NCBI GenBank assembly: GCA_963705105.1
Contig: CAVPIW010000005.1
Span: 224,001 to 288,000 of the forward strand
Length of the DNA: 64,000 nucleotides
Origin: an uncultured Nitrospiraceae bacterium
Lineage (GTDB): Bacteria > Nitrospirota > Thermodesulfovibrionia > Thermodesulfovibrionales > Dissulfurispiraceae
Direction of reading: 5' to 3'
Part shown: positions 49,990 to 60,115 of the stretch, piece by piece
Numbering within the stretch: the first letter of the stretch is position 1
How the letters are laid out: the number at the start of each line of letters is the position of its first letter
Notes under the pieces: model-generated
Told to the model about the DNA's origin: nothing
Seen by the model: only the letters and a program-made list of their open reading frames with translations
Databases searched by the model: none
Translations under genes and position numbers: made by a program

Positions 49990-51393
49990 TTAGTCCCCGA
50001 CCCCGAGTTCGGTCAGCACCCGTTCCATCCGCATACCCCGCGATCCCTTGATGAAGACGATGTCTCCGCTTCCGGCGCATTTCCTGAGCTCCGACGCCGC
50101 CTCCTCGGGGCTCGCCAATGCGACCGCCTTTCCGCTGTATCCCGACACGGCCGCCTGCATACGGGCGCCCACACCGATGAAGAGGTCCAGGGGAAGCCCC
50201 GACAACCACTCCCCCAGCCGCCGGTGCTCGGACTCGCTCTGCTCTCCCAGCTCGAACATGTCTCCCAGGACCGCATAGGCATGGCGGTAGGGGCGGGAAC
50301 GGTGCTGATCTCCCGCAGAGATGAACCGGGCGAATTCGGCAAGGGACGACCTCATGGAGGAAGGGTTTGCGTTGTAGACATCGCTGATGAATGTCACACT
50401 GCCCTGCCTCTTAATGACGAAACGCATGTTCACTCCCCTGAAGGACCCGATGCCCTCCCTGATCTGATCGGCCGCACTGCCCAGTGAACGGGCCGTCGCG
50501 GCAGCAGCGAGACAGTTGAGCACATTAAACTGTCCCGGCAGGGGGGAGCATATATCGACCGTACCACCGTCGAAACAGAGCGTGAAGGCCGACCCTTCCA
50601 GCGATATGGAGAGGTTCCTTGCCGTCACAGCCGCATCAGCACTTTCAACGCCGTAGGTGACAAGTTCTCCACTGTAGGATGCCCTGACGCCTTCCATGAG
50701 GAATGCGTCATCGGCATTCACGATCAGGCGCTTCACATAGGGCAGGATCTCGAGTTCGGCCCGCCTCACCCCTTCGATGCTGCCGAAGCCCTCAAGGTGT
50801 TCATACCCGATATTTGTGATCACCGCCGTGTCGGGCGATGCGATCCTGCACAGCTCATCCACGTCGCCCGGTCTGTTCGTGCCCATTTCGAGGACCATCG
50901 CGCCCGTGTTCTCTTCAAGTCCGGTCATGCAGAGGGGCATGCCGATGGCGTTGTTCAGGTTTCCCGATGTCTTCAGGACTTTCATCCCACTGCCGAGAAT
51001 CGAGGCGATGAGCTCCTTCGTCGTCGTTTTGCCGTTGCTCCCGATGACACCGATGACAGGCCCCCGGCATTTCGTCCGCGCCGAACGGGCCATATCATGA
51101 AGGGCCTTCAGCGTGTCGGCGACGAGCAGGACCGTCTTTCCCTGCCATCTTCCGCGACCGCCGTCATCAACGAAGGCATCGGGCCCCGGCAGACGGCTCA
51201 CGATGGCCCCGCCGCCGGTCTTCAAGGCCTGTGCGAAGAATTCGTGTCCGTCGAAGCGCTCGCCTTTCAGCGCGAGAAAGAGCTCGCCGGGACGGATCGT
51301 CCGGGAATCGATGGACAGGGCTGTAAAGGTCTCCTCCCCGCGGGAGATGATCTGTGCGCCCGTCGCGTCTATGATCTCTTCAAACTGCAGCAT
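49990..51393 (-). CDS. murF: MurF ligase
   Basis: GSNGKTTTKE, GNLNN.IG.P, D.YNANP.SM, KGSRGMRME. Confidence 0.96.
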   Translation of the reverse strand: MLQFEEIIDATGAQIISRGEETFTALSIDSRTIRPGELFLALKGERFDGHEFFAQALKTGGGAIVSRLPGPDAFVDDGGRGRWQGKTVLLVADTLKALHDMARSARTKCRGPVIGVIGSNGKTTTKELIASILGSGMKVLKTSGNLNNAIGMPLCMTGLEENTGAMVLEMGTNRPGDVDELCRIASPDTAVITNIGYEHLEGFGSIEGVRRAELEILPYVKRLIVNADDAFLMEGVRASYSGELVTYGVESADAAVTARNLSISLEGSAFTLCFDGGTVDICSPLPGQFNVLNCLAAAATARSLGSAADQIREGIGSFRGVNMRFVIKRQGSVTFISDVYNANPSSMRSSLAEFARFISAGDQHRSRPYRHAYAVLGDMFELGEQSESEHRRLGEWLSGLPLDLFIGVGARMQAAVSGYSGKAVALASPEEAASELRKCAGSGDIVFIKGSRGMRMERVLTELGVGD

Positions 51394-53041
51394 TCCCCTG
51401 TCCTGTCCTGTCTCCCGGCGGGCTCTTGCGCCCGCCTCTTCGCTTCACAGCCGCTTGTATGGCTTCCCTGTCGCTGAAGTGCGTCCGTACCCCCCTGACT
51501 TCCTGGTAGTCCTCGTGCCCTTTGCCGGCGACGAGCACGATGTCGCCCCTATCCGCCATCACAACGGCAAGAGCAATCGCCGTTTCCCGGTCCGGTATCA
51601 CCACATGTCGGTCACCTTGCATGCCCTGTTCAATGTCGGCGATGATCGCGCCGGGGTCCTCGAATCTCGGGTTGTCGGACGTGACGATGACGAAGTCGCT
51701 CAGTTCCGCGGCGATTTTCCCCATGACCGGCCTTTTGCCCCGGTCCCTGTCTCCTCCGCACCCGAAAACGGTAATGATCCGTCCGGGCTCTTTCCGGCGG
51801 ACCGGGCTGTGACCGTCCCCGTTTTCAAGGAGTTGACGGGCCGTTGTGATGAGGCGTTCGAGGGCATCGCCCGTGTGCGCATAATCGACGACAGCCAGGA
51901 ACTCCTGTCCCGCATCGACCTTCTCGAACCTGCCGTCTACGGCCCCAGCCGATGATATCCCGTCGCGGACAACCTCGGGAGGTATGCCGAGACAATATGA
52001 GGCGGCGATGGCGGCAAGCATGTTGTAGACGTTCGTCCTGCCGACGAGCGACGAGGCGACGGTCCATGGCCCCTTGACGCCGCTGCCGGGAGCGTCTCCC
52101 GGCGCACTCAGGCCGGCCGGGACGCATCTTCCTTCCCGGTCCCTGACGTCTATCCTGAAGGAGGTCCCGCTGACGCCCGTCTTCATCTCCGAGGCGGTCA
52201 GTCCTGCCTCCTTGCTTGTAATCCCATAGGTCAGGACGGAGACGTCCCTTCTCACATCCCTCAGCTTCGCCGCCAGGCGTCGTCCGTACGGATCGTCCAC
52301 GTTGACAACAGCGCACCCTCCCTCATCGAGCAGTTCCGTGAAAAGCCTTTCTTTGGCGGTGAAATACTCTTCCATCGTCCCATGAAAGTCCAGGTGGTCC
52401 CTTGTCAGGTTCGTAAAGACCGCTGCGGAGAACCTTGTGCAGTCGGCCCTCCGCTGGGCGAGGCCGTGTGAGGACACCTCGGCGACGACGTGCGAGCACC
52501 CCGCATCTGCCATGCTCCTTAAGAGTCTCTGGAAATCGGAGGCTTCGGGCGTCGTGTGAGGGGCATCGAAGGCCTCCCGGCCGATCAGGTACCGGATCGT
52601 GCCGATCAGCCCGGCCTTCTTCCCCCACCTCTCGATGACGGATTTCAGGAGATAGGACGTCGTCGTCTTTCCGTTTGTGCCCGTAATCCCCGCAACCGTC
52701 AGTGCGTCAGACGGCCTCCCGTAAAAAAGACTCGAAAAGGACGCGAGGGCTTCACGCGTGTCCGGCGCCTCGATCCATGTCACGCCGGCAGCCGATGACA
52801 TGATGTCCGCAAGGTCCCCTGCCCCTTTTTCAAAGGCAATCGCCGCGGCCCCCCTGCCGACGGCGTCGCCGATGTAGGCGTGACCGTCGCTCCTCTCACC
52901 CCGTATGGCCACGAAGAGGTCCCCGCGGCGCACTTGCCTCGAGTCATAGGTGACGCTGCTGACCGTCCCGTCACCGTCGCCTCTGACAAGACGGGCGCTT
53001 CCGATGATGTCCCTGATCTTCACTGAGCCGCTGTGTGACAC
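51380..53041 (-). CDS. murE: MurE ligase (meso-DAP type)
   Basis: TGTNGKTT, TNLTRDHLDFH, DYAHT, GCGGDRD, DNPR, AGKGHE. Confidence 0.97.
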   Translation of the reverse strand: MSHSGSVKIRDIIGSARLVRGDGDGTVSSVTYDSRQVRRGDLFVAIRGERSDGHAYIGDAVGRGAAAIAFEKGAGDLADIMSSAAGVTWIEAPDTREALASFSSLFYGRPSDALTVAGITGTNGKTTTSYLLKSVIERWGKKAGLIGTIRYLIGREAFDAPHTTPEASDFQRLLRSMADAGCSHVVAEVSSHGLAQRRADCTRFSAAVFTNLTRDHLDFHGTMEEYFTAKERLFTELLDEGGCAVVNVDDPYGRRLAAKLRDVRRDVSVLTYGITSKEAGLTASEMKTGVSGTSFRIDVRDREGRCVPAGLSAPGDAPGSGVKGPWTVASSLVGRTNVYNMLAAIAASYCLGIPPEVVRDGISSAGAVDGRFEKVDAGQEFLAVVDYAHTGDALERLITTARQLLENGDGHSPVRRKEPGRIITVFGCGGDRDRGKRPVMGKIAAELSDFVIVTSDNPRFEDPGAIIADIEQGMQGDRHVVIPDRETAIALAVVMADRGDIVLVAGKGHEDYQEVRGVRTHFSDREAIQAAVKRRGGRKSPPGDRTGQGNAAV

Positions 53042-53164
53042 GGCAGGACGGGGCGCCTCAAGGTGTCATTGAATGGGACGATGACAGGTCTAATCGGTTC
53101 TCCTCGATTGCATTTTCCGCGCATAGCACAATCCCCTGAAGCGGCGGCCCGGTGATCGGAGCGC

Positions 53165-54868
53165 TTATTTTGAAGAGACCAGGTGGAGACCCTTTTCCTG
53201 GGAATCGTCCCTCGGAATCCTCAGGTATGAGAGCGCTTCATTCGCGATGTCCCTGAAGACAGGCGCTGCAACGACACCGCCGTAAATCTGTCCCCTCGGC
53301 TCATTGATGACGATGATCATCGCGATCCGGGGGTCTCCGGCGGGTACGAAACCGACGAAAGAGCTGATAAAGCGGTCCCTCGAATAACGTTTCGTCACGG
53401 GGTCCATTTTCTGCGCCGTGCCCGTCTTGCCCGCCACCTCGTTTCCGTTGACGGCGGCCTGCGTCGCCGTGCCCCCGTCTATGGTCACGGTCTTAAGAAT
53501 GTCCTTGAATATGTTCGCATTTTTTTCTGAGATGACCCTCATCGACTCGGGCGCAGCTTCGTAGAGGAGCTTTCCGTCAGGGGAGAAGACCTCTGCCACC
53601 ACATGGGGTTTGACGAGGAAGCCGCCGTTGGCAATCACGGAATAGGCGCGCAGCACCTGGAGGGGTGTCACGGCGATCTCCTGGCCGATCGAGATGGCGC
53701 CGATGGACATGCCCGACCATTTTTCGGGTGTTCGCACCCAGCCGCTGACTTCGCCCATCAGGTCGATGCCCGTCTTCTCTCCGAAACCGTACTTCTTGAT
53801 GTATTCATACACCTTCTCCTTGCCCAGGAGCAGGCCTATCTTGATCGAACCGACGTTCGACGATTTCTGGATGACCTCCTTGAAGGTCAGTACGCCGTGC
53901 CTGTGGGCGTCTTTGATCTTCCTGCCGCCCACCTCGACGTTTCCGGCGCTGCAATCGAACTTCATATCCGGTTTGACGACGCGCTCCTCCAGCGCCGCCG
54001 TGCCGACGATTATTTTAAAGGTTGATCCCGGCTCATAGCAATCCGTGATCCCCCGGTTCCTCCGCTGCGCCGCCTTGACGCTGCCGGGCTCATTGGCGTC
54101 GTAGGTGGGCCTGCTCGCCATCGCCAGGATCTCGCCGGAGTAGGGGTCCATCATGATGGCCGTGGCGGAATCGGCCTTCCAATGTTCGACGGCGGCATCG
54201 AGTTTCTTTTCGAGGATGAACTGCAGCCCCTCGTCGATGGTCAGAACGACGTTGTTGCCGCGGATCTCCTTTCTCGTGCCTTCGGACAGCTCGTTGCCCT
54301 TCGCGTCCCGCCCGACGTACGTCTCTTCGGCCTTGGCGTTCAGATAGCGGTCGTACTGCCTCTCCACTCCCTCCAGTCCCGCGCCGTCGATGTTGACGTG
54401 GCCGATGATGTGGGAGGCGAGGTTGCCCTTGGGATAAAACCGTTTCGCATCGGGGCTGAGATAAATCCCCCTGAGGTGCATGTTTTTGATCGTCTCCGTC
54501 GATTCGCGGCTCACTTTCCGTTCAACCCAGTTGAAATGCTTGCCCTTGGAAAGCTTCGCCAGGATGAGAGAAGGCTTCTCGTTCAGCTCCCGGGCAAGGA
54601 CCCGGGCAAGCTTCTCCCTGTCCTTTTCCCCGATCTCGGCGGGATTGCAGAAGATCGACTCGGCCTCCAGGTTGATCGCAAGCTCCCTGCCCCTGCGGTC
54701 ATAGATGAGGCCGCGCCGCACAGGGATGGTCTCCTTCTTGAGCTGCTGTCCCCTCGCCTTTGCGAGAAAGGTCTCGTGGCTGAGCAGCATGATGTCGACG
54801 AGCCTGACGGAGACGGCGGCGAAGCAGAACAGGACGAAGCCGACGACGATATATGCTCGTCTGTCCAT
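53165..54868 (-). CDS. ftsI: Septal transpeptidase PBP3
   Basis: EPGSTFK, SSN, KTGTAQ; position in the dcw cluster. Confidence 0.93.
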   Translation of the reverse strand: MDRRAYIVVGFVLFCFAAVSVRLVDIMLLSHETFLAKARGQQLKKETIPVRRGLIYDRRGRELAINLEAESIFCNPAEIGEKDREKLARVLARELNEKPSLILAKLSKGKHFNWVERKVSRESTETIKNMHLRGIYLSPDAKRFYPKGNLASHIIGHVNIDGAGLEGVERQYDRYLNAKAEETYVGRDAKGNELSEGTRKEIRGNNVVLTIDEGLQFILEKKLDAAVEHWKADSATAIMMDPYSGEILAMASRPTYDANEPGSVKAAQRRNRGITDCYEPGSTFKIIVGTAALEERVVKPDMKFDCSAGNVEVGGRKIKDAHRHGVLTFKEVIQKSSNVGSIKIGLLLGKEKVYEYIKKYGFGEKTGIDLMGEVSGWVRTPEKWSGMSIGAISIGQEIAVTPLQVLRAYSVIANGGFLVKPHVVAEVFSPDGKLLYEAAPESMRVISEKNANIFKDILKTVTIDGGTATQAAVNGNEVAGKTGTAQKMDPVTKRYSRDRFISSFVGFVPAGDPRIAMIIVINEPRGQIYGGVVAAPVFRDIANEALSYLRIPRDDSQEKGLHLVSSK

Positions 54869-54870
54869 CG

Positions 54871-55245
54871 TCAGTCACGCTTGGGCACAGACGCCACGAC
54901 GTTCGGGGCAGACTTCCTCGAAGCGAGGTACGACGCCCTGTAGATGTCGGCATCCTTTGTCTTCTGCACGTAGACGACCTTCGTGCGGTCCGGGAAGGAA
55001 AAGCCCGACGTTGCCGTCGTCTTCTCGACGCGGTTCACCGACAGCAGTTTTGCAGACTTTGCGGCAAGGAGCTTCCGCTCTGTCATAAGGTCCTGCTTCT
55101 TTTTTTCGAGCTTGTTGATGCTGTATTCGAGGGTCACAATGCCCGATTTAAGCGAAACGGTTGCGAAGAAGGCGCCCACAAGGAGAACACAACACAGCAT
55201 CTTCAGCAGCCGGATACGTCCGTTCTTTTTCTTTTTCTGTTTCAT
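54871..55245 (-). CDS. ftsL: FtsL-like protein
   Basis: Basic N-terminus, one TM, coiled coil; between rsmH and ftsI. Confidence 0.75.
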   Translation of the reverse strand: MKQKKKKNGRIRLLKMLCCVLLVGAFFATVSLKSGIVTLEYSINKLEKKKQDLMTERKLLAAKSAKLLSVNRVEKTTATSGFSFPDRTKVVYVQKTKDADIYRASYLASRKSAPNVVASVPKRD

Positions 55246-56135
55246 ATCCGCTCTGCTCCCCTCAGTTTTGCGCTCCGTGACGAAGGGTTCATACGCGTCT
55301 CCCGGAGTGTGGGCTTAACCGTTTTCTTTGTCAGTATCCGGACCGTCCCGTCTCTTTCCTGCGCCCGCATGAACCGTTTCACGATCCTGTCTTCGAGGGA
55401 GTGGTACGAGATGACGCAGAGCCTGCCGCCGGGCTTCAGGACCGCCACCGATGCATCAAGGCCTCGGCGGAGTTCCCCAAGTTCGTCGTTCACCTCGATC
55501 CTGAGCGCCTGGAAGGTCTTCGTCGCCGGGTGTATCCTTCCTCTCCTCGGAACGGCCCTTGCGACGATGTCCGCCAGGTCCGAGCAGGTGTCGATCGGCC
55601 CTTTCCGTCGACCGTTGACAATGGCCCCGGCGATCCTGCGGGCCTGATGCTCCTCTCCGTATTCCACAAGGATCCTCTCGATGTCGGATTCGGCAGCGGT
55701 ATTGACCACATCCCAGGCCGTGACGGGTCCCGATGTATCCATGCGCATGTCCAGCCTTTCATGGGAAGCAAAGCTGAAACCCCTCGTTCTGTCTCTCATC
55801 TGGAGCATGGAAACGCCGAGATCGAGGAGGACTCCATCCACCGCCCCGATAGAATATTCCTGAAGGATGTTGCGGACCATCGAAAATGTGCCTTTCCTGA
55901 GAATGACCCGTCCGTTTCCCAGCCTTACCCCCGCATACCGAAGGGCTTCCTCGTCCCTGTCTATCCCGACCAGCCTTCCCCCGGCGCCGAGCCGTGACAC
56001 GATTTCCGCCGCGTGGCCTCCCAGGCCGACCGTACCATCCACATAGATCCCCCCCTCCCTGACCGAGAGGAGAGACATCGCTTCTTCCAGGAGCACCGGG
56101 ACATGAACCGCTTCCGGCATCTCCGCGGGTTTCAT
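55242..56135 (-). CDS. rsmH: 16S rRNA m4C1402 methyltransferase
   Basis: HVPVLL.E, DGTVGLGGH, DLGVS..Q, HPATKTFQALRI, NP.SRSAKLR. Confidence 0.97.
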   Translation of the reverse strand: MKPAEMPEAVHVPVLLEEAMSLLSVREGGIYVDGTVGLGGHAAEIVSRLGAGGRLVGIDRDEEALRYAGVRLGNGRVILRKGTFSMVRNILQEYSIGAVDGVLLDLGVSMLQMRDRTRGFSFASHERLDMRMDTSGPVTAWDVVNTAAESDIERILVEYGEEHQARRIAGAIVNGRRKGPIDTCSDLADIVARAVPRRGRIHPATKTFQALRIEVNDELGELRRGLDASVAVLKPGGRLCVISYHSLEDRIVKRFMRAQERDGTVRILTKKTVKPTLRETRMNPSSRSAKLRGAERI

Positions 56136-56143
56136 CGTATTGA

Positions 56144-56611
56144 TCAGAGACCGAGCTGAGCGAGACCGGCCTCTATTGCCTTGGTGTCGACTTTGCTCGG
56201 ATCCATGGCGGACTCCCACAGGGATTTGTCCCAAACCTCGATTCTGTTGACGAGTCCGAGGACAACGATTTCGCTCTTTATTTCAGCGTCCTCCCTGAGA
56301 GACGCCGGTATAAGCACCCTGCCCTGCCTGTCGATCTCACACTCAACGGCAGACGCGACGACGCGTCTCATGAAAAACTTGATGGTGGGTTCGTTCGGCG
56401 CTTTTTTCTTCACTTCTTCAAGGAGTAAACGCCATTCCTCGACGGGAAAGATCTGTATGCACTTGTCGACGGCGGCGATTGTGATATATAGTGTAGGTGA
56501 GTTGTAGGTGCGGACTATGACATCGCGGAGGGCTGCAGGTATCATGACCCGTCCTTTGGGATCGAGGGTGAAATAGTACTTGCCGGTCAAGAAGGCCAAG
56601 ATTCCCTCCAC
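56144..56611 (-). CDS. mraZ: Transcriptional regulator MraZ
   Basis: Two D.KGR/D.QGR..IP motifs; EVWD. Confidence 0.95.
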   Translation of the reverse strand: MEGILAFLTGKYYFTLDPKGRVMIPAALRDVIVRTYNSPTLYITIAAVDKCIQIFPVEEWRLLLEEVKKKAPNEPTIKFFMRRVVASAVECEIDRQGRVLIPASLREDAEIKSEIVVLGLVNRIEVWDKSLWESAMDPSKVDTKAIEAGLAQLGL

Positions 56612-56642
56612 AATTTACCAATCTCTACCACTTCATACCACA
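56607..56642 (-). promoter_or_regulatory. MraZ-binding direct repeats
   Basis: GTGGT, GTGGT, TTGGT, GTGGA at ~10-bp spacing at the mraZ start. Confidence 0.65.
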
Positions 56643-56894
56643 ATGATAGGGATTTTAAGGGGGCATTGTCAAGCAAAAAATGCTTCTGAATCCACTTTTT
56701 TTCAGCTATTTATCGATCACCACATGATGTGGTGCCGGCCCTCTGATTTCCACAAGATATAGGGGAAAACAGCGGCGTGTTCACCGATGACCCTCATCGT
56801 CGCATAGGCCGACCCAAACGGCGGGGTAAAGGCGCCGAAAAGTCTTGGTGCTAAGACACCTTATCAATCGACATTAAAGTGCAATACACTCCCG

Positions 56895-57188
56895 GGAAAG
56901 GCGGGGCTGGGGTGTATGCGCCGAAAACCTTGATGCGGCGACCCCTGTATCGTGACAGAAGACGAGGCATACGCCGATGTCAGGAGAATTGGACATCTTT
57001 TCCGACACTGACACTCACACTGACACTGTTTTCAGAGTGCTTCGCCCCGCCGTTTCATGCAACAGAAAGGCAGACAGACCACCGTTTAAGGGGAATGAGC
57101 AACCACGAAAAGATGTAATCGATGAGAACCGACGCTGAAATAATCAATATCGCATTAGCAGGACGTTGAGGCGCTTTGCCCCGCCTTT
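56895..57188. repeat. Expanded/nested family C element
   Basis: GAAAGGCGGGG left arm; right arms at ~57040-57056 and ~57170-57188; ACACTG hexamers inside. Confidence 0.7.
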
Positions 57189-58339
57189 TTATGGAAATAC
57201 ATGATGAACTGAACCGTCTCAGGGAGGGGCATCTCTTCAGGTCCATCCGGGACAGGGAACCCTGTCAGAATGGGGCGGGACTCGCCAGGATCGTCATCGG
57301 AGGCACGACGTACATCAATTTTTCCTCCAATGATTACCTCGGTCTTGGCGCGTCTCCTGCAGTCTGCAACAGCGCAAAAAAAGCCATCGATCTTTTCGGG
57401 TTCGGCAGCGGCGCATCGAGGCTCCTGTCAGGCGGGACGTCGCTGCACCGGGATCTGGAAGGATTGATTGCCCGGCTCAAGGGGACGAAAAGCGCCGTCG
57501 TCATGAACTCGGGCTACACGGCGAACCTCGCCGTCATTCCGGCCTTCGCAAGGGAAGGCGATGTGATTTTCAGCGATGAATTGAACCATGCGAGCATCGT
57601 CGACGGCTGCAGGCTCTCCCGGGCGCGGACCCTCATTTACCGTCATCGCGATGCCGCGCACCTTGCGGAATTGCTGGAGAGGGAGAAAAGTGGGAGAAAA
57701 ATCGTCGTTACCGACACCGTCTTCAGCATGGACGGCGACATCGCCCCCCTGGCGGACCTCCATGGTCTGTGCCGGGACCACGGCGCGGTCCTTTATATTG
57801 ACGACGCGCACGGCACGGGCGTTCTCGGAAAAGGCCGGGGAGGCCTTGCCCACTGCGGTCTCGCGCCCGATGACGGAGTGATCCAGATGGGCACCTGTTC
57901 AAAAGCCCTTGGATCATGCGGCGCCTTCGTCGCCGCGACGGCCGATATTGTCGACTGGCTGATCAATACGGCCCGGGGGCTTATCTTCTCCACCGCCCTG
58001 CCGGCCTGTGCAGCGGCGGCATCCATCGCGGCTCTTCAGGTCATGCAGGGCGACGGCTCATATGTCGACCGGTTGTGGCGCAACAGGGAAAGGCTCTACC
58101 AGGGCATCCGGGCTCTCGGTATCGACACGGGCAGGAGCGAGACGCCTATCATCCCTCTCATCGTGGGAGATCTCGACAGGACAATGAGGCTTTCAGAGCA
58201 TCTGCGGCATCATCGCCAGTACGCGCCGGTCATCCGGCCTCCCACCGTCAGAGATCCCAGGATCCGGGTGACCGTCACAGCCGCGCACACCGACGAGGAC
58301 ATCGACACATTCCTCCACATTCTCTCAATAGGCCTCTGA
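57176..58339 (+). CDS. bioF: 8-amino-7-oxononanoate synthase
   Basis: FSSNDYLGL, GASRL, SD.LNHASI.DG, FSMDGD, DDAHG, GT.SKALG, IRPPTV; true start may be ATG 57191. Confidence 0.93.
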   Translation: MPRLFMEIHDELNRLREGHLFRSIRDREPCQNGAGLARIVIGGTTYINFSSNDYLGLGASPAVCNSAKKAIDLFGFGSGASRLLSGGTSLHRDLEGLIARLKGTKSAVVMNSGYTANLAVIPAFAREGDVIFSDELNHASIVDGCRLSRARTLIYRHRDAAHLAELLEREKSGRKIVVTDTVFSMDGDIAPLADLHGLCRDHGAVLYIDDAHGTGVLGKGRGGLAHCGLAPDDGVIQMGTCSKALGSCGAFVAATADIVDWLINTARGLIFSTALPACAAAASIAALQVMQGDGSYVDRLWRNRERLYQGIRALGIDTGRSETPIIPLIVGDLDRTMRLSEHLRHHRQYAPVIRPPTVRDPRIRVTVTAAHTDEDIDTFLHILSIGL

Positions 58340-58342
58340 GCG

Positions 58343-59497
58343 CTACTGCACTTCGAGGAAGGCGCACTTGAGATAGGCCGTCTCCGGGACGGAGAGCAGT
58401 ATGGGATGGTCCCTGGACTGGTGGCGGTACTCCAGGAGCCTGACACGCCTGCCGGCAAGGCGTGAGGCCCTGTGGAGCATGTCGAGAAAAACCGCCCTGT
58501 CGACGTGATGAGAACACGACGATGTGGCAAGAAATCCGCCGGGCCTGACGATCTTCAATGCCCGCGAGTTGATGTCCAGATACCCCCTGAGGGCCTCCCT
58601 GAGATTGGCGGCGCTCTTCGCAAAGGCCGGGGGATCGAGAACGACGACATCGTACTCATCTCCCTTTGCCTCGCCGAGATAATGAAAAACGTCGTCCTTT
58701 CTGAATGCGATGCGCGAATCGAGGCCGTTCAGCCGTGCGTTTCTCTGCGCCTGTGATAAAGCGGCCTCCGACTCGTCGATCCCGGTCATGACGACGCCCC
58801 TCTGCGCGAGGTGGAGCGCCCAGGTCCCGGAATAGCAGAAGAGGTCGAGGCCCTTTCCGCCCCTTACATAACGGCTCAGGGCGATCCTGTTTTCCCTCTG
58901 GTCGAGGAAGAAGCCCGTCTTCTGCCCTGACAGGGGATCGACCTCTATCGTGAGAGATCCTTCAGTCACCCGGGGAAGGGGTTCGGGATTGCCCGCCAGG
59001 ACCTTCGTCTCCAGGGGAAGCCCTTCGAGGGTCCTGCTTCTGGATGTATTCCTGAGGACCATGCAGCGGGGCCTGAACATGTCATCGAGGACCCCGGCAA
59101 TCGTCTCCCCGAGCCTCTCGATGCCGAGGGTCAGGAACTGTGCGACGAGGACGTCGTCGAACTTGTCGACGATGAGCCCCGGCAGGTAATCCCCCTCGCT
59201 GAACAGCACCCGGAAGGACCGCTGGTCCTCCAGGAAACTCTGCCGGTACCGGAGCGCATCGCCGATGCGGTCCCTGAAGAATGATGCATCGATCGTCTCT
59301 TTCCGCCTCGTCAGCAGCCTGACGGCGATGAGGGACCGGGGATTGATATAGCCGATGCCGAGGAAAGCCGTCCTGTCATGGACTTCGACGAGCGACCCCG
59401 GCTCGAAGCGCCTGGGGCTTTCCGTCAGTTCATTTGAAAAGACCCAGAGGTGTCCGTCGAGTATCCTTTTTGAGCGTTTCAGAAATACTTTTTCCAC
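58343..59497 (-). CDS. RlmI-like SAM-dependent rRNA methyltransferase
   Basis: GHLWVFSNE PUA domain, SEGD.LPGLIVD, GQKTGFFLDQRENR, LDPPAF, PET.YLK. Confidence 0.9.
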   Translation of the reverse strand: MEKVFLKRSKRILDGHLWVFSNELTESPRRFEPGSLVEVHDRTAFLGIGYINPRSLIAVRLLTRRKETIDASFFRDRIGDALRYRQSFLEDQRSFRVLFSEGDYLPGLIVDKFDDVLVAQFLTLGIERLGETIAGVLDDMFRPRCMVLRNTSRSRTLEGLPLETKVLAGNPEPLPRVTEGSLTIEVDPLSGQKTGFFLDQRENRIALSRYVRGGKGLDLFCYSGTWALHLAQRGVVMTGIDESEAALSQAQRNARLNGLDSRIAFRKDDVFHYLGEAKGDEYDVVVLDPPAFAKSAANLREALRGYLDINSRALKIVRPGGFLATSSCSHHVDRAVFLDMLHRASRLAGRRVRLLEYRHQSRDHPILLSVPETAYLKCAFLEVQ

Positions 59498-59633
59498 GAG
59501 GCTATTATACCGCACCTTTTCACAAACCCGTACGGGGTCGCCTGCCACTGCCCTCTCACTGACACTCCCACTGTGACTCACACTTTTTTCTATTGCTTCT
59601 GCTCCCTTATTTCTGGTATAAAAATATATAGAA

Positions 59634-59820
59634 ATTAGGTGAGCCTACCCTGTTTGTGATTAGGGCGGAAATGTTGATCCCTCAAATTAGATTTTTGGGA
59701 GCTGATGTTTGGTACGCGGTGTGCAGGTCTTCCATAGAGAAGAAAGCCTAAGGTACCTTCTGGGCACCCACCTGTCGACACAGGGATCTGATTACTGCCT
59801 ACACGGCAGGGTGGGCCTGA
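59634..59820 (+). ncRNA. ssrS: 6S RNA
   Basis: Closing stem GCCTACCCTG/CAGGGTGGGC; GGGAGC...GCGGTGTGC...GCACCCACCTG core; sigma70-like promoter upstream; next to rny; ends approximate. Confidence 0.8.
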
Positions 59821-60115
59821 CGACCGGATAGATGCAATACGCGCATAGAATAGAAGAGCAGAGGACGCTGGAGATGAAAAGGGGAATAGAAGGACTGAGG
59901 GTTGTCAATGGACCGCCCCGTTTTTCTTCTGTCGTCGTCTGTGACATTCCGATCGCTGTCCACATCCAATCGCAAAGGCCCATGTGATTCGTTCGTAAGC
60001 CTTTGACTGTATTGTCCTATTCGCCGTCGTCACGAGTGTAATCCCGTAACCGGCCTTCCCGACGGGCATCGCCGCCGGTTACGCCACGCGTTCCACAGTG
60101 AGGAGGGGTTCCCCC

